The position numbers and the translations under genes were made by a program. A DNA stretch of 64,000 nucleotides from a virus, in the IMG/VR virus record IMGVR_UViG_3300047510_002627, positions 32,001 through 96,000 of that record. The stretch is one strand, 5' to 3'. Below, in pieces: positions 1-11,319 of this stretch (the stretch's first letter is position 1; every line of letters begins with the position of its first letter). The notes beneath the pieces were generated by a model. The model did no database searches. It saw nothing but the letters and a program-made list of their open reading frames with translations, and was not told where the DNA came from.

Positions 1-1
1 T

Positions 2-3000
2 GGTTCAGCATCAATAGGATTATCAACTAATGCTACTGTTAGTTTGATGAGCGACAGACTTGGAGAAAACAAGTATGTTGCAGCTGGAACAACTATTGGA
101 TTGGCAAGAGTTTATGATTTTATACCAGAAAGTGAATATCAAAATGATTTAAGTAGAATGCATCTCAGATTATTTGATGCACAAACTTTTGTAGACTTAA
201 AATTTGCTAAACCAGTTGTAGTAGAAAGGCCTGCATTTGTAGAGGGTAAAAAATCTGGAGCAACTGGACATGTATATAACACTTTTTCAGAAGTAACTAA
301 TATACAAACAATACAATTCAATGGTGGAGCAGTAGGAATTTCTACAATACTGCTGCAATATAATAAACTGGGAGATCCTGTAGTTGGAGTTGCAACTATT
401 GGTTTAGGAGGTCTTGGATCTGCTTCTGCAAATAATTTAAGTAATGGGGATTTTATCTTTATAACTGGAACTGGATATCCACAGATAGATTTTCCAACTG
501 GAGGAAAATTCCAAATTTCTCAAGCAGGTATAACAACTTATGGAGAATTTGAGATTACATTACAATCACAACCAAATGTAGAAGGTGCGGTAGAAGATGA
601 ATTTGGTGGATATACGATTGAAAATTTTGGAACAATAACTAAAGTATCTACAGCGGCTACTGTCAATTCAACATCTCATGGACTTACTAGTGGTCAGCAA
701 ATTGTAATTAGAGGTACTAATAATAATGATTTTAATAGATCATTTATTGTGGATCAAGTATTTAATGCTAGTAGTTTTAGTTTATTAGATTCTGATGGAA
801 CTACATTAACAGCGGATGATAATTTCAATGGAATCATATCTGCCATTGGAGGTGAGCATTTAACCGTATTAGATGAAATTAAATTATACGAAGTTAAAGG
901 GCAATTTTCTTCAGGAGAGCAGGTCATATTAAACGGTGAAATTGATAATAGATTAGTAAAGGAAGTAGTAGAATATAGTTTATCAGATGTTAAGTCAGTA
1001 TTTTCTGAAAAAATAGGAATATCGACTTTTAATGGCGATGTCATATTAGACAAGAAATCTTTCTTAGCCCCCGCTGGGACATTGTTCAATATAACTCCAG
1101 ATTATAACTCTGGAGGAATAAGTACAATATCTGCAACAGTTGCTACAAATATAACTACAGGGTTAAAAGTTGGAGATATTATAACTTACACAACCAGTAC
1201 AGTAGGACCTAGATATCCAGAAAATCCAGATGGATCTTTTGATCCAATTTATAATAAAGTTGTAAGTATAAATTCAAATGGAAAATCATTTGAAGTTGTT
1301 GGTATTACTTCCGTTCCTGGATTTATCAATGGTAGTGCATATTTAGATGGAAGTTCTCCAGAACTTAGTGAAACTTCCACAAATATTGCAAAAGTATCAA
1401 GTTCTGTTTATACTTCTTTAGATAGTGAAACTCTTTTAACTAAGTTTAATAATTCTGTACTTTCTCAAGTTGATTTTGATAACAACGTTATTCTTCAAAG
1501 AAGATTGTTTAGAGAAGCTAGTGTTATCAACAAGCAAATTACAATTGAAATTGATCCAACAGAGGAAGATATAACTTTTGCATCATTTGATGAAGATAGG
1601 TATGTTATTACATATACCAATGGCAATAAAGAAACTATAAGATTTGATAGATTTAAAATCGAAAACGCTGGGAAAAGAGCTGTTTTCACTGACCTCCAAA
1701 AAGGTCCAGTAAGTGGAAATGGAATTGCTGATGTAATTGCCACAGTTAGAAATACAAAACCAAATTCCAAAACAAAAACATTCAATGCTGCATCAGTTAT
1801 TACAATAAATGGATCTTCTCTTAGATCATCTGGAACTGGAGAAGGTACTTTGGATGATGGTCTTACATATAGAAGACCATATGGAACTAGAGTTCAGGAT
1901 AGAATTATTTCATTAAATACCCCAGATGTTGTTAGGGTTATAGGAATTTTTGAATCTTCAACGACATCAGAACCAACTTTACCTAATATTCAATTAATAA
2001 ATTCATCGAATACAAATTATGTTGTAGGTGAATTTATTGTAGGTGAAACTTCTAAAGCAGTAGCAGTGTTGGTAAATAAAATAAATTCTGATATTTTAGA
2101 ATTTGTATACGTAAATTCTAGAACATTTGAAAAAGGAGAATCTGTTACAGGGAAGGAAACTGGAACTAAAGGATTAATTAATTCTATAGTTAAAGGTGAT
2201 AAAAACATTACTCAAAATTATATTTTTGATGATGGGCAAAGATCTGCTTATTATGATTATTCTAGAATCATAAGAGCAAAAAATGTAGAGCCCCCAACAA
2301 AGCAATTAAAAATTGTATTCCAAAACTATACAGTAAAATCTACAGATGATGGTGAGTTTTATACTGTTAATAGTTATTCTAATAAAAATTATAAGTTCGA
2401 TGTCCCATCTTTTAATGGGATACGACTTACAGATTATGTTGATATAAGACCCAGATTAAATCAATATGATACAAACAATACCACAAAATCTCCATTTGAA
2501 TATGGACAAAGAGATTTTAGTGGTCAAGGACAAGCTTCAAGATATGTTTTAGCACCAGAAGAAAATCTTGAAGTTTGTTATAAGTATTACGTCGGAAGAA
2601 TCGATAAACTGATTTTAAAGCCAAATGGAGAATTTTCTGTAATTCAAGGAGAACCATCATTAAATCCGAAAGAACCATTAACTCCAGATAATTGTTTGGT
2701 TATTGGAACAATCAACCTTCCTCCATATGTTTTTAATGTAAAATCTATTGAAGTCAATATAGAAAATCATAAAAATTATACGATGCAAGATATTGCATCT
2801 CTTGAACAAAGAATTACTAGACTTGAAGAATTTACTATTCTTAATGCGGCAGAAAGTAAAACTGAAAATCTTAAATTAATCGATGCAGAAACTGGAATCG
2901 AAAGATTGAAGTGTGGATTCTTTGTTGATACATTTACTAATACAAATTTACATGATCAAGATGATCCAAATTATAAAATTGCAATAGATGATGAAAACAA

Positions 3001-6000
3001 TATAATGAGACCAACTCATTATACAACTTTCATTGATATGCAACTTGGATCTGAAGTAATTTCTGGTGTTGCAGAAACATTCGATCAAACTAAAGATCAT
3101 GATTTTGTAACTGATCTTGGATCAAACAATATTAGAAAAACAGGAGATTTGATTAGTTTAAATTACTCAGATCTTGAATATTTTAATCAGCCATATGCAA
3201 CAAGAACCGAAAGTGTAACTCCATTTTTGGTAAAATATTGGACTGGTAGTATAGAATTACGTCCATCTTCTGATAGTTGGATTGAAGAAAGGGAAGAAGT
3301 TAATCAATCATTTGCAACAAATACAGAAGTACTTCCAAGACTTCCTGATATTAACATTGTTAGAGTCAACAACGTAACTACAAATCAAACCGTTTTTCGT
3401 AATAACGTTGTAACACAAAGAGGAATATTTAGAGGAAGATGGATCACAGCAAGAGGTTCTTGGTGGAGAAGAGGTCTCTGGAGAAGAAACACAAGAGGTA
3501 ATGGCAGAAGAGCAGAGTGGTGGCGTCAGTTCCAAAGAAACTCTACATGGTTATCTTCCTCAGTTCGCACAGTAAATGGAAGGCAAGTTGTAAGATTTAG
3601 AGCAATTAGGCAAAGACTTACTTCTGCAGACATCAATTGGCTGAGAAGTATTCTTCCTCCAGACATTGCAAATAATTATATTACTCAAGTTCAAAGTGCT
3701 GGAAATAACCGAGCAATTTTCTTAGAGTTTTCTCCTGGATTTGCCAGAGATGAAATAAGTACTACAAGAACTGTTTCAACATCTGTACAAACAACTTCAA
3801 ATACAGTAACAACAACAATACCTCCAGAAATTAATGTAACTACAACTGTTGAAGAAAGCGAATCCAATTTCACTGAACCAACTAGATTCTTAAGATCAAG
3901 AAATATTGAATTTGATGTTAAAGGATTACGTCCAAGAACTAGATTCTATCCATTCTTTGAGGGTATTGATGTAAAAGATTATATTGTCCCAAAACTCCTT
4001 GAAATTGAAATGATTCAAGGGAAATTCCAAGTGGGAGAATTGGTAGAAAGTGATCCATCATTTACTTCTAAGAAAATTAGATTTAGACTTTGCAAACCAA
4101 ACCATAAAACTGGTCCATTTGCAACACCGGAAGAAACATTCATTTCAATACCATATAGACAATCTGCTCCTCCAGAAGCATATACAGAGTCTTCCGATTA
4201 TTTAAATGTTGATACTAGAGCACTTCAATTAAATTCAGAAACTGATTATTATGGAGAAGTTGCTGTAAATATGAGAGTAATTGGAAAAACATCAGGTGCC
4301 GTAGCAAGAATTACTAATGTAAGATTAGTATCGGATAATGGAGGAAGATTAATTGGATCATTATATATTCCAGATCCAAAAGTAGCTGGAAATCCAAAAT
4401 GGAACAATGGAGAAAATACATTTACTGTAATTGATACTCCATCATTGTCTGAAGTTGCATCTGGGGATGATAATACTACCAGTGAAAGTTCTGCAGAAGA
4501 AGAATTTACTTCTTCTTCAACAACTAATGTTACTGTAAGAAACATTCTTACTACTAGAAATATTAGAATTACTCCGGCTAGAAACATAAACACCACTACA
4601 GTTACTAATGTAAGAACCAATACTACAGCGGTGACTCAAACAAGAGTTCGCAGAAGAACTGGTGCAATTGTAAGAAGATGGGAAGTTAAAGATCCTTTAG
4701 CACAATCATTCTTCGTTAAGGATGAAACTGGAGTATTTTTAACTGCTGTTGATGTTTATTTTGAAACCAAAGATGAGTCTGGAGTGCCAGTAACTTTACA
4801 ACTTCGCACTATGGAAAATGGAATACCAACAACAACTGTATTTCCATTCTCTGAAGTTACTTTAACTCCAGATCAAATAAATCTTTCTACCGATGGCAGC
4901 ATTCCAACTAGATTTACTTTTGCATCACCAGTATATCTTTCTGGTCCTCAAGGAAAACCTGTTAGAGGAGCACCAATTGCAAGTGAGGCCACAGCAGAAT
5001 ATGCAGTAGTATTACTTTCAAATAGTTCAAATTATAGAGTTTTCATTAGTAGACTTGGTGAAAATGACATACTTACAAATGTCAAAGTAGGAGCTCAACC
5101 AACGTTGGGAAGTCTGTTTAAGTCACAAAATGGTTCGACTTGGACTCCAACTCAACTTGAAGATTTGAAGTATAAATTGTATAGAGCAGAATTTGTTGAT
5201 AGCGGTATTGTAAAGTATTATAATCCCGTATTAGCATTAAAAAATGAAAAGGTTACTGTTTTAGGTCCAAATCAATTAACTACTTTAGATAGAAGATCTA
5301 TCATTAAACTGGATGATTATGCACCTATTAGATCAGATCTTCAATTGGGATCTACAATATATCAAACTAACAATGGGCAAGGCAAATTAGTTGCTATAGG
5401 TGGAAGTATAGTAACTGGTACTGGTGTTACTATATCAAATGTAGGTTTTGGTTACACTAATGGAACATTTACAAATAATGGAAATGGATATGAGTTAATC
5501 ACTATTTCTGGATTTGGTAACGGGGCTAAAGCAAATGTTACCGTTTCTGGTGGAGTAATATCTAATGTTTCCATTATAGATGGGGGATTTGGATATGTAG
5601 AAGGTGATACTTTAAGTATTCCATCAATTGGACAAGACGTTGGATTTGGTGGGCAGGTTACTGTTGATAATGTTAAATTTAAAAATACATTAGTTGTTGA
5701 AAATATTGTAAAAGGATTTGAACCTGGAGATAGTGCTTCATTCCAAACCAATAGAAGAGTATTTTTTATTGATTCAAGTACTGGAATAGGAACTTATGTT
5801 GGAATAAATTCAACATCAACGGTTGTTCCCGATCCAGGACCAAGAGCTGAAACTATAATTAATAACCCAAGGTATGATGGATTGCATATGAAGATTGATG
5901 CAGTTAATCATGGAATGCATTCGGTTCAAAATTATGTGAGAATTTCTAATGTAAGACCAGAAGATGATGAAGTAAATAGTACTTTAAGTACAGAAATGTC

Positions 6001-7273
6001 CTCAACTGAAACTAGTGTTATTAATTTAACTAGTACTGCTGGATTTGAAACATTTGAAGGAATTCCAGTCAATGGGGACAATCCTGGTTATATTATTATT
6101 GGAAATGAAGTTGTTGGATATACAACTTATTCTGCTACAAGTCTTGGTGCAGGAACACCAACTATAACTAGAGCAGTTGTTGGAGAACCTCAACCATATG
6201 ATGTTGGAACACCTGTTTACAAATATGAATTAAATGGAATTTCATTAAGAAGGATAAACAAAGTTCACACTTTGTCAGGACTTGATGAAAATATTTTCCC
6301 ATTAGAATTTAATTCTTTCCATATACCAATAGAAACTACAGATACCGACTTTGAAGGAAATGCTATCGGTAAAAATAGATCTGGAACAGGAGATCTTGTT
6401 TTTAGAAGTACAGATTCATTGGGAGATTCTGGATCAATAGTATCAACTAATGTAACTTTTGATATACTAACTCCCAATTTTGCAACGATAGTTCCTTCGG
6501 AAACATCTATCAAAGCAAAAGTTAGAACAATTTCTGGAACAAGTATAGATGGTAATGAATCTTCTTTTGTCGATCAGGGATACGTAGAAATGTCATTGGA
6601 TCAACCAGTAATGTTCAATAATCCAAGATTGATCGCGTCTAGAGTTAATGAAACTCGTTATTTAACTGATCTCCCAGGAAATAGAAGTTTAACAATGGAG
6701 TTTGAACTGAAAACTGAAGATAGTAGAGTTTCTCCAATAATAGATGATATCACAACTGGAGCAATTTTAACATCAAACTTGGTTAATGCTCCTGCTGGAA
6801 TAGGCGATGATTCAAGTTTTGCGGATGTTGAATACATTAGGGGTGGAGATGACAAACATGAAGCTGTTTATATTTCAAAACCAATTTTGTTAAAACTCCC
6901 AGCAAACTCAATAAAATTATTCTTAAAGTCTGCAAGAACTGAAAACAATGACATAAGAGTTCTCTATAAACTCTATAGAGAAGATAGTGCAGATGGCGAT
7001 CCCAATTTTGAGCCTTTCCCTGGATATAAAAATTATAGAACGGATTCTAATGGAATTAAGAGAGTAGTTGATGCTTCCAAAAATGACGGATCATCTGATA
7101 GTAGAGTAAGTGTGAATTCAAATGTGAATTTCTCTGAATATGAATATACAATTGATAATTTACCAGAATTTACTGGATTTGCAATTAAAATTATATTTGC
7201 TTCAAAAAATCAATCAGAACCACCTCTCGTAAAAGAACTTAGAGCAATAGCAACATTGAAACCGGGATTATAA
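2..7273 (+). CDS. Giant virion structural protein (VrlC-like/DUF4815-type baseplate-associated protein), 5'-truncated
   Basis: Frame is open from base 2, so the true start is upstream of the window. More than 2400 aa, beta-rich, with the DPLAQSF motif and Gly-rich GxGY repeats. Lies just upstream of g13 as in T4-like cyanophages. Confidence 0.75.
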   Translation, partial: GSASIGLSTNATVSLMSDRLGENKYVAAGTTIGLARVYDFIPESEYQNDLSRMHLRLFDAQTFVDLKFAKPVVVERPAFVEGKKSGATGHVYNTFSEVTNIQTIQFNGGAVGISTILLQYNKLGDPVVGVATIGLGGLGSASANNLSNGDFIFITGTGYPQIDFPTGGKFQISQAGITTYGEFEITLQSQPNVEGAVEDEFGGYTIENFGTITKVSTAATVNSTSHGLTSGQQIVIRGTNNNDFNRSFIVDQVFNASSFSLLDSDGTTLTADDNFNGIISAIGGEHLTVLDEIKLYEVKGQFSSGEQVILNGEIDNRLVKEVVEYSLSDVKSVFSEKIGISTFNGDVILDKKSFLAPAGTLFNITPDYNSGGISTISATVATNITTGLKVGDIITYTTSTVGPRYPENPDGSFDPIYNKVVSINSNGKSFEVVGITSVPGFINGSAYLDGSSPELSETSTNIAKVSSSVYTSLDSETLLTKFNNSVLSQVDFDNNVILQRRLFREASVINKQITIEIDPTEEDITFASFDEDRYVITYTNGNKETIRFDRFKIENAGKRAVFTDLQKGPVSGNGIADVIATVRNTKPNSKTKTFNAASVITINGSSLRSSGTGEGTLDDGLTYRRPYGTRVQDRIISLNTPDVVRVIGIFESSTTSEPTLPNIQLINSSNTNYVVGEFIVGETSKAVAVLVNKINSDILEFVYVNSRTFEKGESVTGKETGTKGLINSIVKGDKNITQNYIFDDGQRSAYYDYSRIIRAKNVEPPTKQLKIVFQNYTVKSTDDGEFYTVNSYSNKNYKFDVPSFNGIRLTDYVDIRPRLNQYDTNNTTKSPFEYGQRDFSGQGQASRYVLAPEENLEVCYKYYVGRIDKLILKPNGEFSVIQGEPSLNPKEPLTPDNCLVIGTINLPPYVFNVKSIEVNIENHKNYTMQDIASLEQRITRLEEFTILNAAESKTENLKLIDAETGIERLKCGFFVDTFTNTNLHDQDDPNYKIAIDDENNIMRPTHYTTFIDMQLGSEVISGVAETFDQTKDHDFVTDLGSNNIRKTGDLISLNYSDLEYFNQPYATRTESVTPFLVKYWTGSIELRPSSDSWIEEREEVNQSFATNTEVLPRLPDINIVRVNNVTTNQTVFRNNVVTQRGIFRGRWITARGSWWRRGLWRRNTRGNGRRAEWWRQFQRNSTWLSSSVRTVNGRQVVRFRAIRQRLTSADINWLRSILPPDIANNYITQVQSAGNNRAIFLEFSPGFARDEISTTRTVSTSVQTTSNTVTTTIPPEINVTTTVEESESNFTEPTRFLRSRNIEFDVKGLRPRTRFYPFFEGIDVKDYIVPKLLEIEMIQGKFQVGELVESDPSFTSKKIRFRLCKPNHKTGPFATPEETFISIPYRQSAPPEAYTESSDYLNVDTRALQLNSETDYYGEVAVNMRVIGKTSGAVARITNVRLVSDNGGRLIGSLYIPDPKVAGNPKWNNGENTFTVIDTPSLSEVASGDDNTTSESSAEEEFTSSSTTNVTVRNILTTRNIRITPARNINTTTVTNVRTNTTAVTQTRVRRRTGAIVRRWEVKDPLAQSFFVKDETGVFLTAVDVYFETKDESGVPVTLQLRTMENGIPTTTVFPFSEVTLTPDQINLSTDGSIPTRFTFASPVYLSGPQGKPVRGAPIASEATAEYAVVLLSNSSNYRVFISRLGENDILTNVKVGAQPTLGSLFKSQNGSTWTPTQLEDLKYKLYRAEFVDSGIVKYYNPVLALKNEKVTVLGPNQLTTLDRRSIIKLDDYAPIRSDLQLGSTIYQTNNGQGKLVAIGGSIVTGTGVTISNVGFGYTNGTFTNNGNGYELITISGFGNGAKANVTVSGGVISNVSIIDGGFGYVEGDTLSIPSIGQDVGFGGQVTVDNVKFKNTLVVENIVKGFEPGDSASFQTNRRVFFIDSSTGIGTYVGINSTSTVVPDPGPRAETIINNPRYDGLHMKIDAVNHGMHSVQNYVRISNVRPEDDEVNSTLSTEMSSTETSVINLTSTAGFETFEGIPVNGDNPGYIIIGNEVVGYTTYSATSLGAGTPTITRAVVGEPQPYDVGTPVYKYELNGISLRRINKVHTLSGLDENIFPLEFNSFHIPIETTDTDFEGNAIGKNRSGTGDLVFRSTDSLGDSGSIVSTNVTFDILTPNFATIVPSETSIKAKVRTISGTSIDGNESSFVDQGYVEMSLDQPVMFNNPRLIASRVNETRYLTDLPGNRSLTMEFELKTEDSRVSPIIDDITTGAILTSNLVNAPAGIGDDSSFADVEYIRGGDDKHEAVYISKPILLKLPANSIKLFLKSARTENNDIRVLYKLYREDSADGDPNFEPFPGYKNYRTDSNGIKRVVDASKNDGSSDSRVSVNSNVNFSEYEYTIDNLPEFTGFAIKIIFASKNQSEPPLVKELRAIATLKPGL

Positions 7274-7275
7274 TT

Positions 7276-7524
7276 ATGGAAGATGATTACTTCACTGACA
7301 ATGAACTATATTCAAAAGTCGATGGTAATGAAAGTTTAGTTAGAGATAAAGAAACGGGGGCAATTATTTACACAAACGAATCCGAGTATAATGCTTACAT
7401 TCAAAGTTATAAGAAAAGATATAGTGAATTGAAAAAAATTGATATCATAGAAAATGAGATGAATGAGATTAAAAATGATATTGGTGAGATCAAAAATTTA
7501 CTGAAATCATTATTATCAAAATAA
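7276..7524 (+). CDS. Conserved small hypothetical protein (C-terminal coiled coil)
   Basis: 82-aa ORF with an LVRDKETGAII motif, tightly packed between the giant protein and g13. Confidence 0.7.
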   Translation: MEDDYFTDNELYSKVDGNESLVRDKETGAIIYTNESEYNAYIQSYKKRYSELKKIDIIENEMNEIKNDIGEIKNLLKSLLSK

Positions 7525-7550
7525 ATACTAATATAAAGATATAGAAAAAA

Positions 7551-8369
7551 ATGGCACAACCATCTACAAGACAAGAATTTATAGATTATTGTTTGAGGAA
7601 ACTTGGTGCCCCCGTTTTAGAAATTAACGTTGCTGAAGAGCAAGTTGAAGATCTTGTGGATGATGCCTTGCAACTTTTTAATGAGCGATGCTATGACGGT
7701 TCTTACTCTACATTTTTAAAATACCAAATAACACAAGAAGATGTTGATAGAGGAAGAGCACTTCCACCTTCTGGAACTGGTATAACAACAACTTCTGAAG
7801 GAATTTATGATTATCATGAAAATTCAAATTATATTCCTCTACCACCTCATGTTATAGGAGTTAGAAGAATTTTTAAATTTGAAGGAACTAATACTATATC
7901 GGCAGGAATGTTTAGTATAAAATATCAATTATTTTTAAACGATGTTTATACTTGGGGATCTTTGGATCTTCTTACATATGCTATGACAAAAACATATCTT
8001 GAAGATATTACTTGGTTGTTAACTACTGAAAAACAAATAAGATTTAATAAGAGGCAAGGAAGACTTTATTTGGATATTGATTATAATCAATTGAAAGTTG
8101 GAAATTATTTAATCATTGATTGTGATAGATTAATGAATCCAGCAGAATATTCTTTAGTTTGGAATGATAATTTTTTAAAACAATATGCAACCTCATTAAT
8201 TAAACGGCAGTGGGGTCAAAATTTAATTAAATTCCAAGGAGTGAAACTCCCAGGAGGATTGGAATTTAATGGAAGAACTTTATATGAAGATGCTCAACGT
8301 GAAATAGATAACTTAATGGAAAAAATGTCTTCCACATACGAACTTCCACCATTAGACATGATAGGATAA
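7551..8369 (+). CDS. g13: Neck protein gp13
   Basis: YCLRKLGAPVLEINV and WGQNLIKFQGVKLPGG motifs; synteny; AATAAATA late-promoter-like box at 7520-7527. Confidence 0.93.
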   Translation: MAQPSTRQEFIDYCLRKLGAPVLEINVAEEQVEDLVDDALQLFNERCYDGSYSTFLKYQITQEDVDRGRALPPSGTGITTTSEGIYDYHENSNYIPLPPHVIGVRRIFKFEGTNTISAGMFSIKYQLFLNDVYTWGSLDLLTYAMTKTYLEDITWLLTTEKQIRFNKRQGRLYLDIDYNQLKVGNYLIIDCDRLMNPAEYSLVWNDNFLKQYATSLIKRQWGQNLIKFQGVKLPGGLEFNGRTLYEDAQREIDNLMEKMSSTYELPPLDMIG

Positions 8370-8370
8370 T

Positions 8371-9840
8371 ATGTTAAATCCATTTTTTCTCAACGGCAGC
8401 AAATCAGAACAAGGTCTTATTCAAGATCTAGTCAACGAACAGTTGAGGATGTATGGTGTTGATATATATTATCTTCCAAGACTTTTTATTAAAGAGCAGA
8501 CAATAACAAGAGAAGTTCTTGAATCTCAATTTGAAAATGCATATCCTTTAGAAGCTTATGTGAGTGATTTTGAAGGATACGGTGGGCAAGGAACTATATT
8601 ATCAAAATTTGGTCTACAAGATATGGATGACCTTAGTTTGGTCATTTCAAAAGAAAGATTTGAAACTTATATAACTCCACTCATAAAAAAAATACCAAAT
8701 ATTAAGGTATCTGATAGACCAAAAGAGGGAGATTTAATTTGGTTCCCATTAGGTGATAGATTATTTGAAATAAAATTTGTAGAGCACGAAAAACCATTTT
8801 ATCCGCTGAAAGGGAATTATACTTATGAATTGAGATGTGAACTTTACAGACCTCAAACTGGAGAAGTTCTTGATACTGGATATGAATATGTTGATGATAA
8901 CTTAATTGATGAATCATATATTCAAACACTTCAAATGGTTGGTGCTGGAGTTACTGCCCAAGCAATTACATCATTCTGTGCGTTCGGCGGCATTAGACTT
9001 ATTGAAGTGACTAATATGGGTCACCGATATGTTTCAGATCCAGATGTTAATATTTCTCAGGCTCCTTCTGGTGGCATTACCGCAATAGCTACTGCGATAC
9101 TTCAAAAAAATCTTCCAGATTTTTGTGAACCAAATAAAGATCTATCAAAAGTAGTTGCAGTTAATTTAATACATCCAGGATGTGGATACAGAGCAACAAG
9201 TTCTACAAATTTCCTCGGAACTAAAGATACTGGACCGTTAGTATCAATTGCTGGTGGAGGAGGTGAAGGAGCAACTGGAATTGCATCTCTATCAAATGGT
9301 GTCGTTGGAATTATAACCATTACAAATCCAGGATCTGGATATGTAATAAGACCTTCTATAACCTTTGTTGGAGGAAATCCTGCAGTTTCTGCAGCTGCAA
9401 CAGTAAGACTTACTCCTATTGGTGGAATTGCTGCCATTTATATTACAGATGCTGGAAAAGGATATACATCTGCACCAACTATTGTAATTGGTAACCCAGT
9501 AAATGCTGGAATAGGAACATATAAATTCAATGAACCAGTAGTGGGAAGTGTAAGCGGAACAACTGGAAGAGTCAAAAGATGGAATGTTAAATCGTATATA
9601 CTTGAAGTTGGTTCTTTAAATGGAAACTTTATAGATGGCGATGTAATTATTGGGCAGGAGTCTGGAGCAAGATACCCAGTAAGAATAATAAATACTGATA
9701 ACTTGGCCGATCCAAATTCATTCACTGAGTTGTCTACTCCTGAGAATGCAGCAGACAAACAGGGTACTAATAAAGACATTGAAATTGAAGCTTCAAATAT
9801 ATTAGATCAATCAGAAGATAACCTATTTGGTATACCATAA
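8371..9840 (+). CDS. g14: Neck protein gp14 with C-terminal Gly-rich repeat extension
   Basis: N-terminal MLNPFF...EQGLIQDLVNEQLRMYG and RPKEGDLIWFP motifs; follows g13. Confidence 0.9.
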   Translation: MLNPFFLNGSKSEQGLIQDLVNEQLRMYGVDIYYLPRLFIKEQTITREVLESQFENAYPLEAYVSDFEGYGGQGTILSKFGLQDMDDLSLVISKERFETYITPLIKKIPNIKVSDRPKEGDLIWFPLGDRLFEIKFVEHEKPFYPLKGNYTYELRCELYRPQTGEVLDTGYEYVDDNLIDESYIQTLQMVGAGVTAQAITSFCAFGGIRLIEVTNMGHRYVSDPDVNISQAPSGGITAIATAILQKNLPDFCEPNKDLSKVVAVNLIHPGCGYRATSSTNFLGTKDTGPLVSIAGGGGEGATGIASLSNGVVGIITITNPGSGYVIRPSITFVGGNPAVSAAATVRLTPIGGIAAIYITDAGKGYTSAPTIVIGNPVNAGIGTYKFNEPVVGSVSGTTGRVKRWNVKSYILEVGSLNGNFIDGDVIIGQESGARYPVRIINTDNLADPNSFTELSTPENAADKQGTNKDIEIEASNILDQSEDNLFGIP

Positions 9841-10862
9841 TGTTTGAATATTTCTATCACGAAAATATTAGAAACGTTATATTAGCGTTTGCAACGCTAT
9901 TTAATAATATTTACGTTAGAGAAACTGACGCATCTGGCAATGTGACAAAAAATAACAAGGTTCCAATTAGATATGGACCTCGTTCAAAATTTTTAGCAAG
10001 AATTGATGAGGCACCAAAAGATTTGAATAATCCTGTTCAAATCACATTGCCAATGATGTCTTTTACTTATAATGGTTTAACTTATGATCCAGATAGAAAA
10101 ATCACAACTACTGAATATTTTACTGTTCAAGATCCAGAAAATCCTCAAGGGTGTTTAAAATCTTACATGCCAGTTCCATATAATATGTCTTTGGAACTTA
10201 GTATTATGACAAAATTGGAGCAAGATTCTTGGCAAATAGTAGAGCAAATTTTACCTTATTTTCAACCAGCATACACATTAACAATAAAATATACTGGGAT
10301 AAAAGAATTAAAAGATGTTCCAATTCAAATTGAATCTATAGAAATACAAGATGATTATGAAGGTAATTTTGAATCTAGAAGATCTTTAATATATACAATC
10401 AGATTTACAGCAAAAGTATACTTATTTGGACCTCAACAAAAAGTTACTGATAGTATTATTAGAAAGTCTACTATTGGTTTTGTTGTTGGGTCATCGGCGC
10501 ACCCACCAAATAGTGATGCAATATTCAGAGATATTACAGTGTCTTCAACTCCAGTCGCTGTAATTCCTTATTCCAAAACATTGGCCGGAAATTTGACAAG
10601 AGATTTTGTATTGAACGACACTGTTCTTTTCTTAGATACTGTTCAAAATATAACAACAGACATGATAATTGGAATAGGAAAAGAAATATTAAAAGTTACA
10701 TATATAAATCAAACTACAAAGGCAGTAACTGTTTTAAGAGCAAACTATGATTCAAAACAAGAACTACATGTTTCTGGATCAGAAGTGTATAAAGTAATAG
10801 ATGCAGATAATGATTTAATTGAACCTGGTGATCCATTTGAAGCTAATCAAATCATATTTTAA
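9840..10862 (+). CDS. g15: Tail sheath stabilizer/completion protein gp15
   Basis: MFEYFYHE, VPIRYGP, PVPYN, QIVEQILPYFQP and DDYEG motifs. Confidence 0.92.
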   Translation: MFEYFYHENIRNVILAFATLFNNIYVRETDASGNVTKNNKVPIRYGPRSKFLARIDEAPKDLNNPVQITLPMMSFTYNGLTYDPDRKITTTEYFTVQDPENPQGCLKSYMPVPYNMSLELSIMTKLEQDSWQIVEQILPYFQPAYTLTIKYTGIKELKDVPIQIESIEIQDDYEGNFESRRSLIYTIRFTAKVYLFGPQQKVTDSIIRKSTIGFVVGSSAHPPNSDAIFRDITVSSTPVAVIPYSKTLAGNLTRDFVLNDTVLFLDTVQNITTDMIIGIGKEILKVTYINQTTKAVTVLRANYDSKQELHVSGSEVYKVIDADNDLIEPGDPFEANQIIF

Positions 10863-10867
10863 TTTTT

Positions 10868-11296
10868 ATGAATAACAACGAACTAAACAAAACATTCAAC
10901 ATAGAAAGTAGTGAAATATCTACCGAGGTGGAAGAACTTAAACCTATTGAAATAGATGATGATTTTGATATTAAAAAGGATATAAGAAAGGATTACAAAT
11001 ATAGTAGAGGAAATATATACTCAATTATAGAAAAAGGTCAAGAAGCTATAAATGGTGCTTTAGAAATGGCACAAGAAACGGAGTCTCCAAGAGCATATGA
11101 GGTAACAGGACAACTTATTAAAAACGTTGCAGATGCCACAGAAAAATTATTGGAACTTCAAAAGAAATTAAAAGATATAGAAGAAATTAAAGATAAAAAA
11201 GGTCCATCAAATGTTACAAATGCTTTGTTTATTGGATCTACTGCTGAATTGACAAAATTCATAAAGCAACAGAAAAGTCAAGGAGATGATAAATAA
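10868..11296 (+). CDS. g16: Terminase small subunit gp16
   Basis: DYKYSR, SPRAYEV and NALFIGSTAEL motifs; synteny. Confidence 0.92.
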   Translation: MNNNELNKTFNIESSEISTEVEELKPIEIDDDFDIKKDIRKDYKYSRGNIYSIIEKGQEAINGALEMAQETESPRAYEVTGQLIKNVADATEKLLELQKKLKDIEEIKDKKGPSNVTNALFIGSTAELTKFIKQQKSQGDDK

Positions 11297-11319
11297 AATA
11301 TATAGATTTTTTAATAGCA

